NCBI GenBank assembly: GCA_034003325.1
Contig: JAVEYW010000005.1
Location: 86,689-150,688 of the forward strand
From: Desulfobacterales bacterium
GTDB taxonomy: Bacteria; Desulfobacterota; Desulfobacteria; Desulfobacterales; JAFDDL01
DNA: 64,000 nt
Direction: 5' to 3'
This document shows positions 33,851 to 42,593 of the stretch, in pieces. The translations under genes were made by a program, and so were the position numbers. Below the pieces are notes generated by a model. That model was given only the letters and a program-made list of their open reading frames with translations. It did not search any database and was not told where the DNA came from. Position 1 is the first letter of the stretch. Each line of letters begins with the position of its first letter.

Positions 33851-35272
33851 ATGGTGGATTTTGTTATCATAGCGCCGTTTCTGACGGGTATTTTGGCTTT
33901 TTTTTTGCCAAAGACATTCGGGCGGATACTGCTGGTGATTACCGGGGTGATTCATTTGGTACTTTCCGTTTTGTTATGGATTTACCGGCCCGCGTCGTTT
34001 TACCCGGAATATTTTGCGATTACGCCGGAGGGGTTGCTGTCTCTTCTGGTAATCTCGCTGCTATTTTTCCTGATCTCCATTTATACGACGTCTTTTTTAA
34101 AGGCCTCCCATATTATTTCCGAGAACATCTTTATCGGCTCAATGCTGCTCTTTTTATCCACGATGACCATGGTAACCCTGTCCGATCACATTATGGTTAT
34201 GTGGATTGCTATTGAAGCAACGACCCTGGCCAGCGCGCCGCTGATTTACACGCACAGAACCGAGGCTTCCCTGGAAGCGACCTGGAAATATGTCCTGATC
34301 TGCTCAGTGGGCATTGCCATGGCGCTTCTGGGCTCCGTGCTCATCACCCTTGCCATGGATGTGGGCAATGTCCATGTGCCGGTGTCCTTTTCCGCGCTGA
34401 CCGTGGCGGCCAAACAGCTCGACCCCCGGTGGCTGAAAGCCGGCTTTGTGTTTATTCTGGTGGGCTATGGAACCAAAATGGGACTTGCGCCCATGCACAC
34501 TTGGCTGCCGGATGCGCACAGCGAAGCACCGAGCCCGGCTTCTGCGCTCTTATCCGGCGTGCTGCTGAACTGCGCGTACTTAGGGATTTTCAAGACCAAC
34601 AAAATCATGGTTGCCGCGGGTCTCGGGGAGTTTTCCGGGATGATACTCATGGTTTTCGGTCTCATGAGCATACTGGCGGCCGCCACCTTCATTTTAAAAC
34701 AAACCGAATATAAACGTTTGTTGGCCTATTCGAGTATCGAAAATATGGGCATTATCGCCTTTGGCACCGGCGTGGGGGGCCTGGGCGCGCACGGCGCCCT
34801 GATTTGCCTGATTCATCACAGTCTGATCAAGTCGTCCCTGTTTTTGACCTCCGGAAATATTCTGCTCGGCTACGGCAGTCGGCTGATCGAGCACACGGGC
34901 AACCTCGTTAACCGCATGCCCAAGACATTTGTGGCGTTTTTCGGCGGGTTTGCCGGTATATCCGGGTTTCCGCCGTTCGGCATTTTTATCGGGGAACTGC
35001 TCATCATTGTGGCGGCGTTTCGCGCCGACCGTTATGTCGGCGCCGGGATATTCATTGCCAGCCTGTGCGTGGTGTTTGCCGGGTTTGCGAACCAGGCCAT
35101 GAAAATTTCCTTTGACGATTCAACCGCCAGGATTCATCTGAGGGAAAAAGCGAGCATGGTCTGGCCGCAATACGTCCTGTTGCTAACCTCCTTGGTGCTG
35201 TGTTTCTGGATGCCGGAGCCCTTGTACGAGACAATTACCCTTGCCGTGAAGGGGCTGGGGGGAGGATTTTAA
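33851..35272 (+). CDS. HyfF/NuoN/NuoM-like antiporter-type membrane subunit
   Basis: 473 aa. …GTKMGLAPMHTWLPDAHSEAPSPASALLSGVLLN… block. Confidence 0.85.
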   Translation: MVDFVIIAPFLTGILAFFLPKTFGRILLVITGVIHLVLSVLLWIYRPASFYPEYFAITPEGLLSLLVISLLFFLISIYTTSFLKASHIISENIFIGSMLLFLSTMTMVTLSDHIMVMWIAIEATTLASAPLIYTHRTEASLEATWKYVLICSVGIAMALLGSVLITLAMDVGNVHVPVSFSALTVAAKQLDPRWLKAGFVFILVGYGTKMGLAPMHTWLPDAHSEAPSPASALLSGVLLNCAYLGIFKTNKIMVAAGLGEFSGMILMVFGLMSILAAATFILKQTEYKRLLAYSSIENMGIIAFGTGVGGLGAHGALICLIHHSLIKSSLFLTSGNILLGYGSRLIEHTGNLVNRMPKTFVAFFGGFAGISGFPPFGIFIGELLIIVAAFRADRYVGAGIFIASLCVVFAGFANQAMKISFDDSTARIHLREKASMVWPQYVLLLTSLVLCFWMPEPLYETITLAVKGLGGGF

Positions 35273-36780
35273 TGGAAACGCCCTTTTTAGAGATTTCAAA
35301 CGGCCGTGCGGTTCAAAGAAATGCCATTCCGCATCTTCATTTTGATGCCTTTTATTCGGAAACGTTAAGCATTGTCGAAAACGGCGGCAAAGTCGTTCAC
35401 TATTTTGCCTATCAGGACGGCGATATCCTGAAGCTTCTCGCGGTGTTGCGGACCGATAAGCTCCTCGTCGCCGGGTGTGATGCGCCTGCCTCCTATCCGT
35501 CGTTAAGCATTCAATGTGAGCCCTTTCATCTGTTTGAGCGGGAGATTGCCGAGCAGTACGGCATTGTTCCGGAATTTCATCCCTGGCTCAAAATGGTGCG
35601 GTATCATCCCAATTGCCGAAATGTCGCCGATGTGTTCGGAAACAATTACGAAGCGGATATTCCGGGCAATTACGACTATTACGCGGTCGAAGGCGAAGAA
35701 ATTCACGAGGTGGCCGTGGGACCGGTGCATGCGGGTGTTATCGAACCCGGACATTTTCGATTTAACTGCATCGGCGAGCGAGTGCTGAACCTGGAAATTC
35801 AACTGGGGTATCAGCACCGCGGGGTTGAGTCCCTGCTGGTCAATGTGCCCTTCAAACGGCTGCCCATTATCGCTGAAGGCATTGCTGGCGATACGGCCAT
35901 CGGCCACAGCCTGTGCCTGGCGCAAGCCTTTGAAGCGCTTTCCGGCGCGATACCGGATGCCGGCGCGCGCATCATTCGCACCATCGCTCTGGAGCTTGAG
36001 CGCATCGCCAATCATGTGGGGGATCTGGGCGCTTTGAGCGGGGATGTGGCTTTTTTGCCGCCCGCGAATTATTGCGGCAGAATGCGCGGCGATTTTCTCA
36101 ACTTGACCTTATGGATCTGCGGAAACCGGTTCGGTAAGGGACTGGTTCGGCCGGGCGGCGTCTTGTTTCCCCTGGCTGCCGCGGATCGAAATACGCTCCT
36201 GGGGCGGCTCGATGAACTGCAACCTCAGGTGGCCCATGTGATGGAACTTCTTTTTAACACGCCCAGCGCGCGGGGCCGGTTTGAAGGCTGCGGTGTGGTC
36301 GGTAAGGAAGATGCGGAGAAACTGGGCCTTGTGGGACCGGCCGGTCGGGCCAGCGGCATCGCCTATGATGTGCGGCGCTGCTTTCCAACGGAGCATTACG
36401 GCAAGCTACAGATTCCGGAAAACGCAAAATCCACGGGGGATGTGTGGGCCAGGGCCAGAATTCGGGCGAATGAAGTACTTCAATCCATCCGCATCATTCA
36501 GTCCCTGTTGAAAGACCCGATCGACACCACCTGCGCTGCAAATGCGATGCCGTCCCCGTTTTCAGCCTCTTTTGTGGTAACGTTAAACGAGGCCTGGCGG
36601 GGAGAGGTTTCCCATTGCGTGCTGACCGACGCGGAAGGGAAACTGCTTCGATACAAGGTCAAGGACCCGTCTTTTCACAACTGGAACGGGCTGTCCATGG
36701 CATTACGCAATACGGGAATCTCAGATTTTCCCCTGAACAACAAGAGTTTCAACCTGTCCTATTGCGGGTTTGATCTCTGA
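35272..36780 (+). CDS. HycE/NuoCD-like 'large subunit' lacking the NiFe-binding cysteines
   Basis: NuoC-like N-terminus followed by GPVHAGVIEPGHFRF…LGYQHRG. The L1 motif position reads AEGIAGDTAIGHS rather than RxCGxC. The C-terminus reads SFNLSYCGFDL* rather than DPCxxCxxR/H. The ATG overlaps the upstream TAA. Confidence 0.85.
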   Translation: METPFLEISNGRAVQRNAIPHLHFDAFYSETLSIVENGGKVVHYFAYQDGDILKLLAVLRTDKLLVAGCDAPASYPSLSIQCEPFHLFEREIAEQYGIVPEFHPWLKMVRYHPNCRNVADVFGNNYEADIPGNYDYYAVEGEEIHEVAVGPVHAGVIEPGHFRFNCIGERVLNLEIQLGYQHRGVESLLVNVPFKRLPIIAEGIAGDTAIGHSLCLAQAFEALSGAIPDAGARIIRTIALELERIANHVGDLGALSGDVAFLPPANYCGRMRGDFLNLTLWICGNRFGKGLVRPGGVLFPLAAADRNTLLGRLDELQPQVAHVMELLFNTPSARGRFEGCGVVGKEDAEKLGLVGPAGRASGIAYDVRRCFPTEHYGKLQIPENAKSTGDVWARARIRANEVLQSIRIIQSLLKDPIDTTCAANAMPSPFSASFVVTLNEAWRGEVSHCVLTDAEGKLLRYKVKDPSFHNWNGLSMALRNTGISDFPLNNKSFNLSYCGFDL

Positions 36781-36791
36781 ATTACCTTTAA

Positions 36792-36840
36792 CTATCAGCT
36801 ACCAGCTATCAGCTACCAGCTATCAGCTACCAGCTATCAG
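36792..36840. repeat. heptamer tandem array (CTAYCAG) x7 in the intergenic gap between the large- and small-subunit genes
   Basis: Direct reading: CTATCAG CTACCAG CTATCAG CTACCAG CTATCAG CTACCAG CTATCAG. Confidence 0.9.
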
Positions 36841-36867
36841 CTTAAATCTAATAAGAGTGAACGCATC

Positions 36868-37611
36868 ATGCTCAACACGCTGAAAAACCGATTTGAACAA
36901 GGATATCGTACTTCCCGCTATCCAAAAGAGAAAATCGAACTGGCGCCGCGCTATCGCGGCATGCCGCAGATTCACCCGGATGCTTCGGCGGAACTGGCGG
37001 TTCGGTGCGCTGAAGCCTGTCCGCAAAATGCCATTGACGCCGAACGGAAGATCATCGATATGGGCCGTTGTGTATTCTGCGGTACCTGCGAGCGTATCTC
37101 CGAAGGCAAGTTTATCTCTTTTTCACGGAATTTCGAGCTGGCCGTTAGCGAAAAGGCGCATCTGATGACGGATGGCGCTTTGCCGGATCTGGCCTGCCAC
37201 GCCAGACAGCACTTCAAGAAGTTATTCGGTAGATCGCTTCAACTTCGGCAGGTTTCTGCTGCGGGCTGCAATGCCTGCGAGGCGGACCTGAACGTGTTGG
37301 CCACGCCGTTCTTCGATTTGGCGCGGTTCGGCATCAATTTTGTGGCCTCGCCCCGTCACGCCGACGGCATCGTGGTCACCGGCCCCATCTCCAGGAACAT
37401 GAAAACCGCACTGCTTCAGACCTATGAGGCGGTGCCGAATCCCAAGGTCGTAATTGCCGTTGGAAGCTGTGCGCTGACCGGCGGCCCGTTCCGGGGAAGT
37501 CCAGAGGTCACCGAAGGCCTGGACACCCTGCTGCCCGTGGATCTTTTCATTCCCGGCTGCCCGCCGCATCCCATGACGAACCTGCATGCGTTACTGACGT
37601 TTTTTAAGTGA
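36868..37611 (+). CDS. HycF/NuoI-like (one-cluster) ferredoxin domain fused to a HycG/NuoB-like small subunit
   Basis: RCAEACP…CVFCGTCERI (one complete cluster set). Then GCNACE, ASPRHADGIVVTGP, GSCALTGGPF and PGCPPHP (four proximal-cluster Cys retained). Confidence 0.85.
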   Translation: MLNTLKNRFEQGYRTSRYPKEKIELAPRYRGMPQIHPDASAELAVRCAEACPQNAIDAERKIIDMGRCVFCGTCERISEGKFISFSRNFELAVSEKAHLMTDGALPDLACHARQHFKKLFGRSLQLRQVSAAGCNACEADLNVLATPFFDLARFGINFVASPRHADGIVVTGPISRNMKTALLQTYEAVPNPKVVIAVGSCALTGGPFRGSPEVTEGLDTLLPVDLFIPGCPPHPMTNLHALLTFFK

Positions 37612-37714
37612 CACAGATGGGTCTGTTGTCGAATCGTCCGTTCGGCAGAAGACCTTCGGCTTGCGATAATCCGTCCAAGGGCACAAGGATTTTTTGATAC
37701 ATGATTTGTTTCCT

Positions 37715-38083
37715 TTAAAAATACGTTGCCTCAAACAGGATGTTTGCGTCTTTTAGCCGTGCATAATCCATCTTAAGTCGCTCATTGGCGATATGACGGG
37801 TCGTTCTATCATCGACATCGCTCTCGTTTATCGGGCAAACCGCATAAACTTTTGTGACGGTGTCCGATTTCTCTTGTGCGCGTCGCGTCGATGTGAAATC
37901 CGCCATGAGCAGACACCTGTCCGTTTCGATGTCGATGTCGTCGGTAGCTTCCGATTGGTTTACTTGTTTGATCAAATTCCGGTAAACTTTAATTTGAAGT
38001 TTAACGGTTTGGCCTGATTTGGCGCGGTTGATAAAATTGTCCAGTCTCTCCTTCGAACCGTTGGTCAGGTCTTCACTCAACAT
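37715..38083 (-). CDS. hypothetical protein (122 aa, soluble, acidic)
   Basis: Strong AAGGAGGG RBS 6 nt upstream of the ATG. I recognise no motif. Confidence 0.6.
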   Translation of the reverse strand: MLSEDLTNGSKERLDNFINRAKSGQTVKLQIKVYRNLIKQVNQSEATDDIDIETDRCLLMADFTSTRRAQEKSDTVTKVYAVCPINESDVDDRTTRHIANERLKMDYARLKDANILFEATYF

Positions 38084-38316
38084 GGTTATCCCTCCTTTTT
38101 TTTATGGAGAAACGCCCCTTGCCGGGGCCAGCTTCATGGTGCCATGCACTACCACCTTACCATAGTTTGGGTGAGCATAAAACAAGCCAATTTATAAGCA
38201 CCTTTAATCAAAGGAGGTTTTGTTTTTTCAGAATTTTTTTCGTTTGAATCATCGTCCGTATTATTTTTACTGTGGAAAAGGATAAGTCGGTTGATACGAG
38301 TGCCATTGTATCCGCC

Positions 38317-39927
38317 TCAATTCACCATGCGATTGCGGCCCTGCCATTCCTTTTCACGCAATTTGAATTTTTGAATTTTTCCCGTTGCTGTTTGGGGTAA
38401 ATCCCCGAACTCCACGGCTTTGGGCGCCTTGAAACGCGCGAGGTTCTGCCGGCAGAAATCGATAATCTCCTTTTCGTCTATCACGCGGCCCTCCTTTGGT
38501 TTGACAAAGGCCTTTGGCACTTCCCCCCATTTGTCGTCCGGAATCGGTATGACGGCCACTTCCAGGACATTCGGATGCCGGTAGATAACGTTTTCCAGCT
38601 CAACGGTGGAGATGTTTTCGCCGCCGCTGATAATGATATCTTTTTCGCGATCCATGATCTGAACGTATCCATCCGGATGAATAACGGCCAGATCCCCGCT
38701 GTGAAACCATCCACCCCGAAAGGCGGTGGCCGTGGCTTGCGGATCCTTGTAATAGCCGAGCATCACATTGTTGCCGCGCATGACGATCTCGCCGAGGGTC
38801 TTGCCGTCATAGGGGACGGATTTCCCGGTGGCGCGATCAATGACGTCCATGTGCATGGCGACCACATAGGGAACCCCCTGACGTGCCTTGATGTTGGCCC
38901 TTTCAGGGGCGGACAGGGTGTTCCATTTGGTCTGCCAGGCGCAGATGCTATGGGGTCCGAAAACCTCGGTGCTGCCGTAGGTTTGCGTAATATTGACGCC
39001 GAGCTTTTCCATTTCTTCAATAACGGTCGGGGAAGGTGGTGCGCCGGCCGTCATGATCTCAAGCTGGCGGCGCATGGTTACATTTTTTGCCTCCGGATAA
39101 TTGGCCATGCCGATCAGAACGGTTGGGGCAGCACAGAGATGGGAGACCCCCTCTTTTTCAATCAGACGGTAAATCTCTTTCGGTACGACCTTGCGCAGAC
39201 ATACATGGGTGGCCCCCACCGCCGTAACCGCCCAGGTAAAGCACCATCCGTTGCAGTGAAACATGGGAAGGGTCCAGAGATACACCGACTCGGCGTTCAT
39301 TCCGGTCTCCACCACTTCGCCGATGGCGTTCAGATAGGCGCCGCGGTGGTGGTACATGACCCCTTTGGGGAATCCGGTGGTGCCACTGGTATAGTTGATG
39401 GTCGCCACCTGATATTCATCCTCCACCTCACATGCCATGGGGGCATCAGACCCGGTCTTCAAAAACGCCTCATATTCCATTCCCGTGAGGGGCCTTTCTT
39501 CGGATACATCGCAGATATTGACAAAGGCCTTGATTTTTTTCAGTTCCGGCACAATCGGTTGAATCAGATCGGCCAACTCGTTGTCAACAAACAGGACCTT
39601 GGCATCCGAGTGAGTGAGAATATAAGACAATTCCCGGGAGGACAGGCGGGTATTGAGGCTCACGAGCGCCGCCCCTATCATGGGTACCGCGTAATGGGCT
39701 TCAAGCATGGGTGGGGTATTGGGACATAGAAACGCCACCTTATCCCCCTTTGCAACACCGATTTTCTTCAGTGCGCCGGCCAGCCGGTTGACCCTGGCAT
39801 GCAACTCGCTATAGGAATAGCGCAACTCGTTATAAACCACCGCATCCTTGTCCCCGTATACCTTTGCGGAACGATTCAAAAACTTTACGGGTGAAAGCAC
39901 ATCAAAAAAGACACTGTTGTTATCCAT
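38317..39927 (-). CDS. AMP-forming acyl-CoA synthetase (ANL superfamily)
   Basis: YTSGTTGFPKGV AMP-binding motif, …GWFHSGDLA…, and C-terminal …TATGKIQKFKLR. AAGGAG RBS. Confidence 0.9.
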   Translation of the reverse strand: MDNNSVFFDVLSPVKFLNRSAKVYGDKDAVVYNELRYSYSELHARVNRLAGALKKIGVAKGDKVAFLCPNTPPMLEAHYAVPMIGAALVSLNTRLSSRELSYILTHSDAKVLFVDNELADLIQPIVPELKKIKAFVNICDVSEERPLTGMEYEAFLKTGSDAPMACEVEDEYQVATINYTSGTTGFPKGVMYHHRGAYLNAIGEVVETGMNAESVYLWTLPMFHCNGWCFTWAVTAVGATHVCLRKVVPKEIYRLIEKEGVSHLCAAPTVLIGMANYPEAKNVTMRRQLEIMTAGAPPSPTVIEEMEKLGVNITQTYGSTEVFGPHSICAWQTKWNTLSAPERANIKARQGVPYVVAMHMDVIDRATGKSVPYDGKTLGEIVMRGNNVMLGYYKDPQATATAFRGGWFHSGDLAVIHPDGYVQIMDREKDIIISGGENISTVELENVIYRHPNVLEVAVIPIPDDKWGEVPKAFVKPKEGRVIDEKEIIDFCRQNLARFKAPKAVEFGDLPQTATGKIQKFKLREKEWQGRNRMVN

Positions 39928-40098
39928 TTTGTTTCTCCTTGTCTTCCCTGATCATGGGTTGCATGAGGGATGCTTTCCCGCAATAGGGGGGTAACGAACC
40001 TTTTGTATGGTTCTTGTTGTCCGGCCCGATACAGCAGGTAGAGAATGCCGGTGATAACTTTCCAGACGGTTGCATCTAATATATTCTATCAATTTCTT

Positions 40099-40114
40099 AT
40101 CAACATTCGTGCCA
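40099..40114 (-). promoter_or_regulatory. weak sigma-54 promoter candidate upstream of the acyl-CoA synthetase
   Basis: The reverse complement reads TGGCACGAATGTTGAT. The -24 element is good, but -12 is TTGA rather than TTGC. An AT-rich tract lies upstream and an activator gene is adjacent. Confidence 0.3.
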
Positions 40115-40279
40115 AACGCCTTGAAACGGTTTTAACGATTTGTTTTTATTTTATTTATAATAAAAACTGGCGGATAGGGGGGGCGATAAGGTGTCCGGCA
40201 TTAATAGGGTGTTTCGTTCCCATGATCAGCGGAAAAAGAGGATTACTATTTGAAAATAAATGTAAATTTTTATTTGGGG

Positions 40280-42070
40280 CTATTCGTTCTCGATTTGGGT
40301 ATTTTCAATTCCATATTGTTTGGTTTTTTTGAAGAGGGTCCTTCGGTCAATGCCCAGGGCGGAAGCTGCTTTGCCGCGGTGCCATTGATACCGCTCTAAG
40401 GCACTAAGAATGTAATTTTTTTCAAAGTCACGGATGACGTTACGAATATTTCCGATTTTCCTTGGCGGGCTTTCAGCAAGGATTTCCGGTTCATCCCCGT
40501 CGGCTGCTGAAGGCTGAAGCATGCCGAATTGTTTCAGGGTCACATAGCGATGCAGCGTATTTTGAAGTTCCCGGACATTTCCCGGCCAGTCATATTGTTG
40601 AATGGCGTCCAGAATTTTTCCGGTGATGGGCGGCAGTCTTTCGGTTTCTCCATACATCTTCATGAAATGTTCGACCAGCAGCGGCAAATCTTCCTTACGG
40701 TCCCTTAGCGGCGGCAGGGTGATGGGAATAATATGGATGCGGTAGAAGAAATCTTCGCGCATCAGGCCGGTTTTTACCTGTTCTTGAAGATTCCTGTTCG
40801 TGGCGGCGACAATGCGAATATCGGATTTTTTTTCTTTAGCGCTGCCTACCGGGGTATAGCCTCCGCCTTCAATGGCGCGCAACAATTTTACCTGCATGTT
40901 CCGGCCCAGCTCGCCCAATTCATCCAGAAAGAGGGTGCCGCCGTCTGCCAGGTCCAGGTACCCTTGTTTGTCCCGGTCTGCGCCGGTGAAAGCCCCCTTC
41001 CTGTGCCCGAAAAATTCGCTTTCGATGAGGTTTTCCGCGATGGCACCGCAATGAACGACCACAAAAGGACCGTGTTTTCGATCGCTTAGATCGTGAATCG
41101 CCCGGGCTGCCAGCTCCTTGCCCGTACCGGACTCCCCGTAGAGGATAACACCGGCATCCGTGGCGGCGGCGTTGATGATCTGGTCGTAGACCCCCTGCAT
41201 CGCCGTGCTTTTTCCGATGATGTTCATGAATTTGTATCGTTCTTTCATGCTCGATTTCAGCAGCAGGTTTTCTTTTTGTAGGTATTCTTTTCGCTTGATC
41301 AGGGTTTCTTCCGTCTGTTTTTGCTTCGTAATATCGATAATGGTCGCCTGCATTCTGGTGACGGAACCATCCGTGTCGAACATGGGGGAGCTGAGTATAT
41401 AAAACCATCGCCCGTCCGCTGGGTTTTTGATCTCCTGCCGAACGGTTTCCCCCTTAAAGACCGCTTCATTGCCGCACCATTGACAGGCCTGGTCCAATCC
41501 GAAAATATCCCTGTGGCAGAGACCGCCCGTTTTATCCTGCCCGATGTAATCAATGAGCGCCTTATTCATGAATTCGATTCGAAACTCACGCGTGCAGGTG
41601 TAGATATACCCGTCCAGGGCATCGATGATGGCGCTGAGCCTCGTTTCACTATCGCGCAGCGCCTGTTCGGCCCGTTTGCGGGAGGTGATATCGATAAAGG
41701 AGGCAATACTTCGATTGGGCCCGGGCAGCATTCCGACACTGATCCACACGTCGATCTTTTCTCCCTTTCGGTTGATCAGTTTGCATTCATATTCATCCGG
41801 AACCCTTCCAGGCCCTTTTCTGCGCTCAACGTGATATCCCTTCATTCGCTCAAGGTCTTCCTTGGAAATAAAGGCTGTCCATTTCATACGGCCTTCGATT
41901 TCCGCGCGGGTGTAGCCGGTCAACTGCTCATACTTTGGATTGGCCAATGAAATGGTCATATCCTCTTCGATGATAATGGAAGCGGCTCCGGATTTTTCAA
42001 AGGCGCTGCGGTAGGTTGCCTCCCGGTTCTGCAATGTCGTTTCCGCTTGTTTTTGTGCAGTTATGTCCAT
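40280..42070 (-). CDS. sigma-54-dependent transcriptional activator (PAS, PAS, AAA+, HTH)
   Basis: GESGTGKE, GAFTGA, and C-terminal HTH (AASALGIDRRTLFKKTKQ). Two PAS-like repeats at the N-terminus. Confidence 0.9.
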   Translation of the reverse strand: MDITAQKQAETTLQNREATYRSAFEKSGAASIIIEEDMTISLANPKYEQLTGYTRAEIEGRMKWTAFISKEDLERMKGYHVERRKGPGRVPDEYECKLINRKGEKIDVWISVGMLPGPNRSIASFIDITSRKRAEQALRDSETRLSAIIDALDGYIYTCTREFRIEFMNKALIDYIGQDKTGGLCHRDIFGLDQACQWCGNEAVFKGETVRQEIKNPADGRWFYILSSPMFDTDGSVTRMQATIIDITKQKQTEETLIKRKEYLQKENLLLKSSMKERYKFMNIIGKSTAMQGVYDQIINAAATDAGVILYGESGTGKELAARAIHDLSDRKHGPFVVVHCGAIAENLIESEFFGHRKGAFTGADRDKQGYLDLADGGTLFLDELGELGRNMQVKLLRAIEGGGYTPVGSAKEKKSDIRIVAATNRNLQEQVKTGLMREDFFYRIHIIPITLPPLRDRKEDLPLLVEHFMKMYGETERLPPITGKILDAIQQYDWPGNVRELQNTLHRYVTLKQFGMLQPSAADGDEPEILAESPPRKIGNIRNVIRDFEKNYILSALERYQWHRGKAASALGIDRRTLFKKTKQYGIENTQIENE

Positions 42071-42593
42071 GCTTGTGCCTCAAAGCAGTTTGACGGAACC
42101 TCGGGTATTCCGAGGAATTATTCTGACAGTTTTGGATGAGGCGCGTCAACTTGTTTGTTTTCAAGAGCGTTGATAGGGTTACAAAGTTGTTTGCTACGAA
42201 GGAAATCCAAGGGTGCATGATGATCTTCATATTTTTCCATGGCGAGATCACCTGAAAAAATTGTGGAACGAAGGCGTCATGCCGCGACGATGAACCAGGC
42301 TATTAATTTTAAAATTATAATTAATATAAATGGTTGGATAGCCTAAAGACACTATCCTGATAAGTTCTTAATGCAGATTCGGGACAGGCTATGGTAGGGT
42401 TAAAAAAGGGCGAATTACAAACCAAAGCGCAGCAAGTCGCTGCGGTATGAAATAAGCCGCCTTGTGAGCACCTTTCCGATGATCGCCTATAAACAATAAC
42501 ATTGGATGGTGTTTATGCTGTATGGGTAAGTTTTTCATTCGAGGGATCGATCTGTAATTTCACGAATGATGTGACTGCAAAGGAGGAATGCTC

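Noticed and set aside
36792-36840. The tandem arrays here and at 52227-52303 as possible CRISPR arrays.
   Set aside because: The units are 7 bp with no spacers, and the window has no cas genes. They are simple tandem repeats.
30290-37611. Calling this locus a formate hydrogenlyase / hydrogenase-4 (hyf) operon.
   Set aside because: The gene order is hyf-like, but the large-subunit homologue has no CxxC pairs at either NiFe-ligand position. No maturation or formate dehydrogenase genes accompany it. A true hydrogenase call is therefore not supportable.
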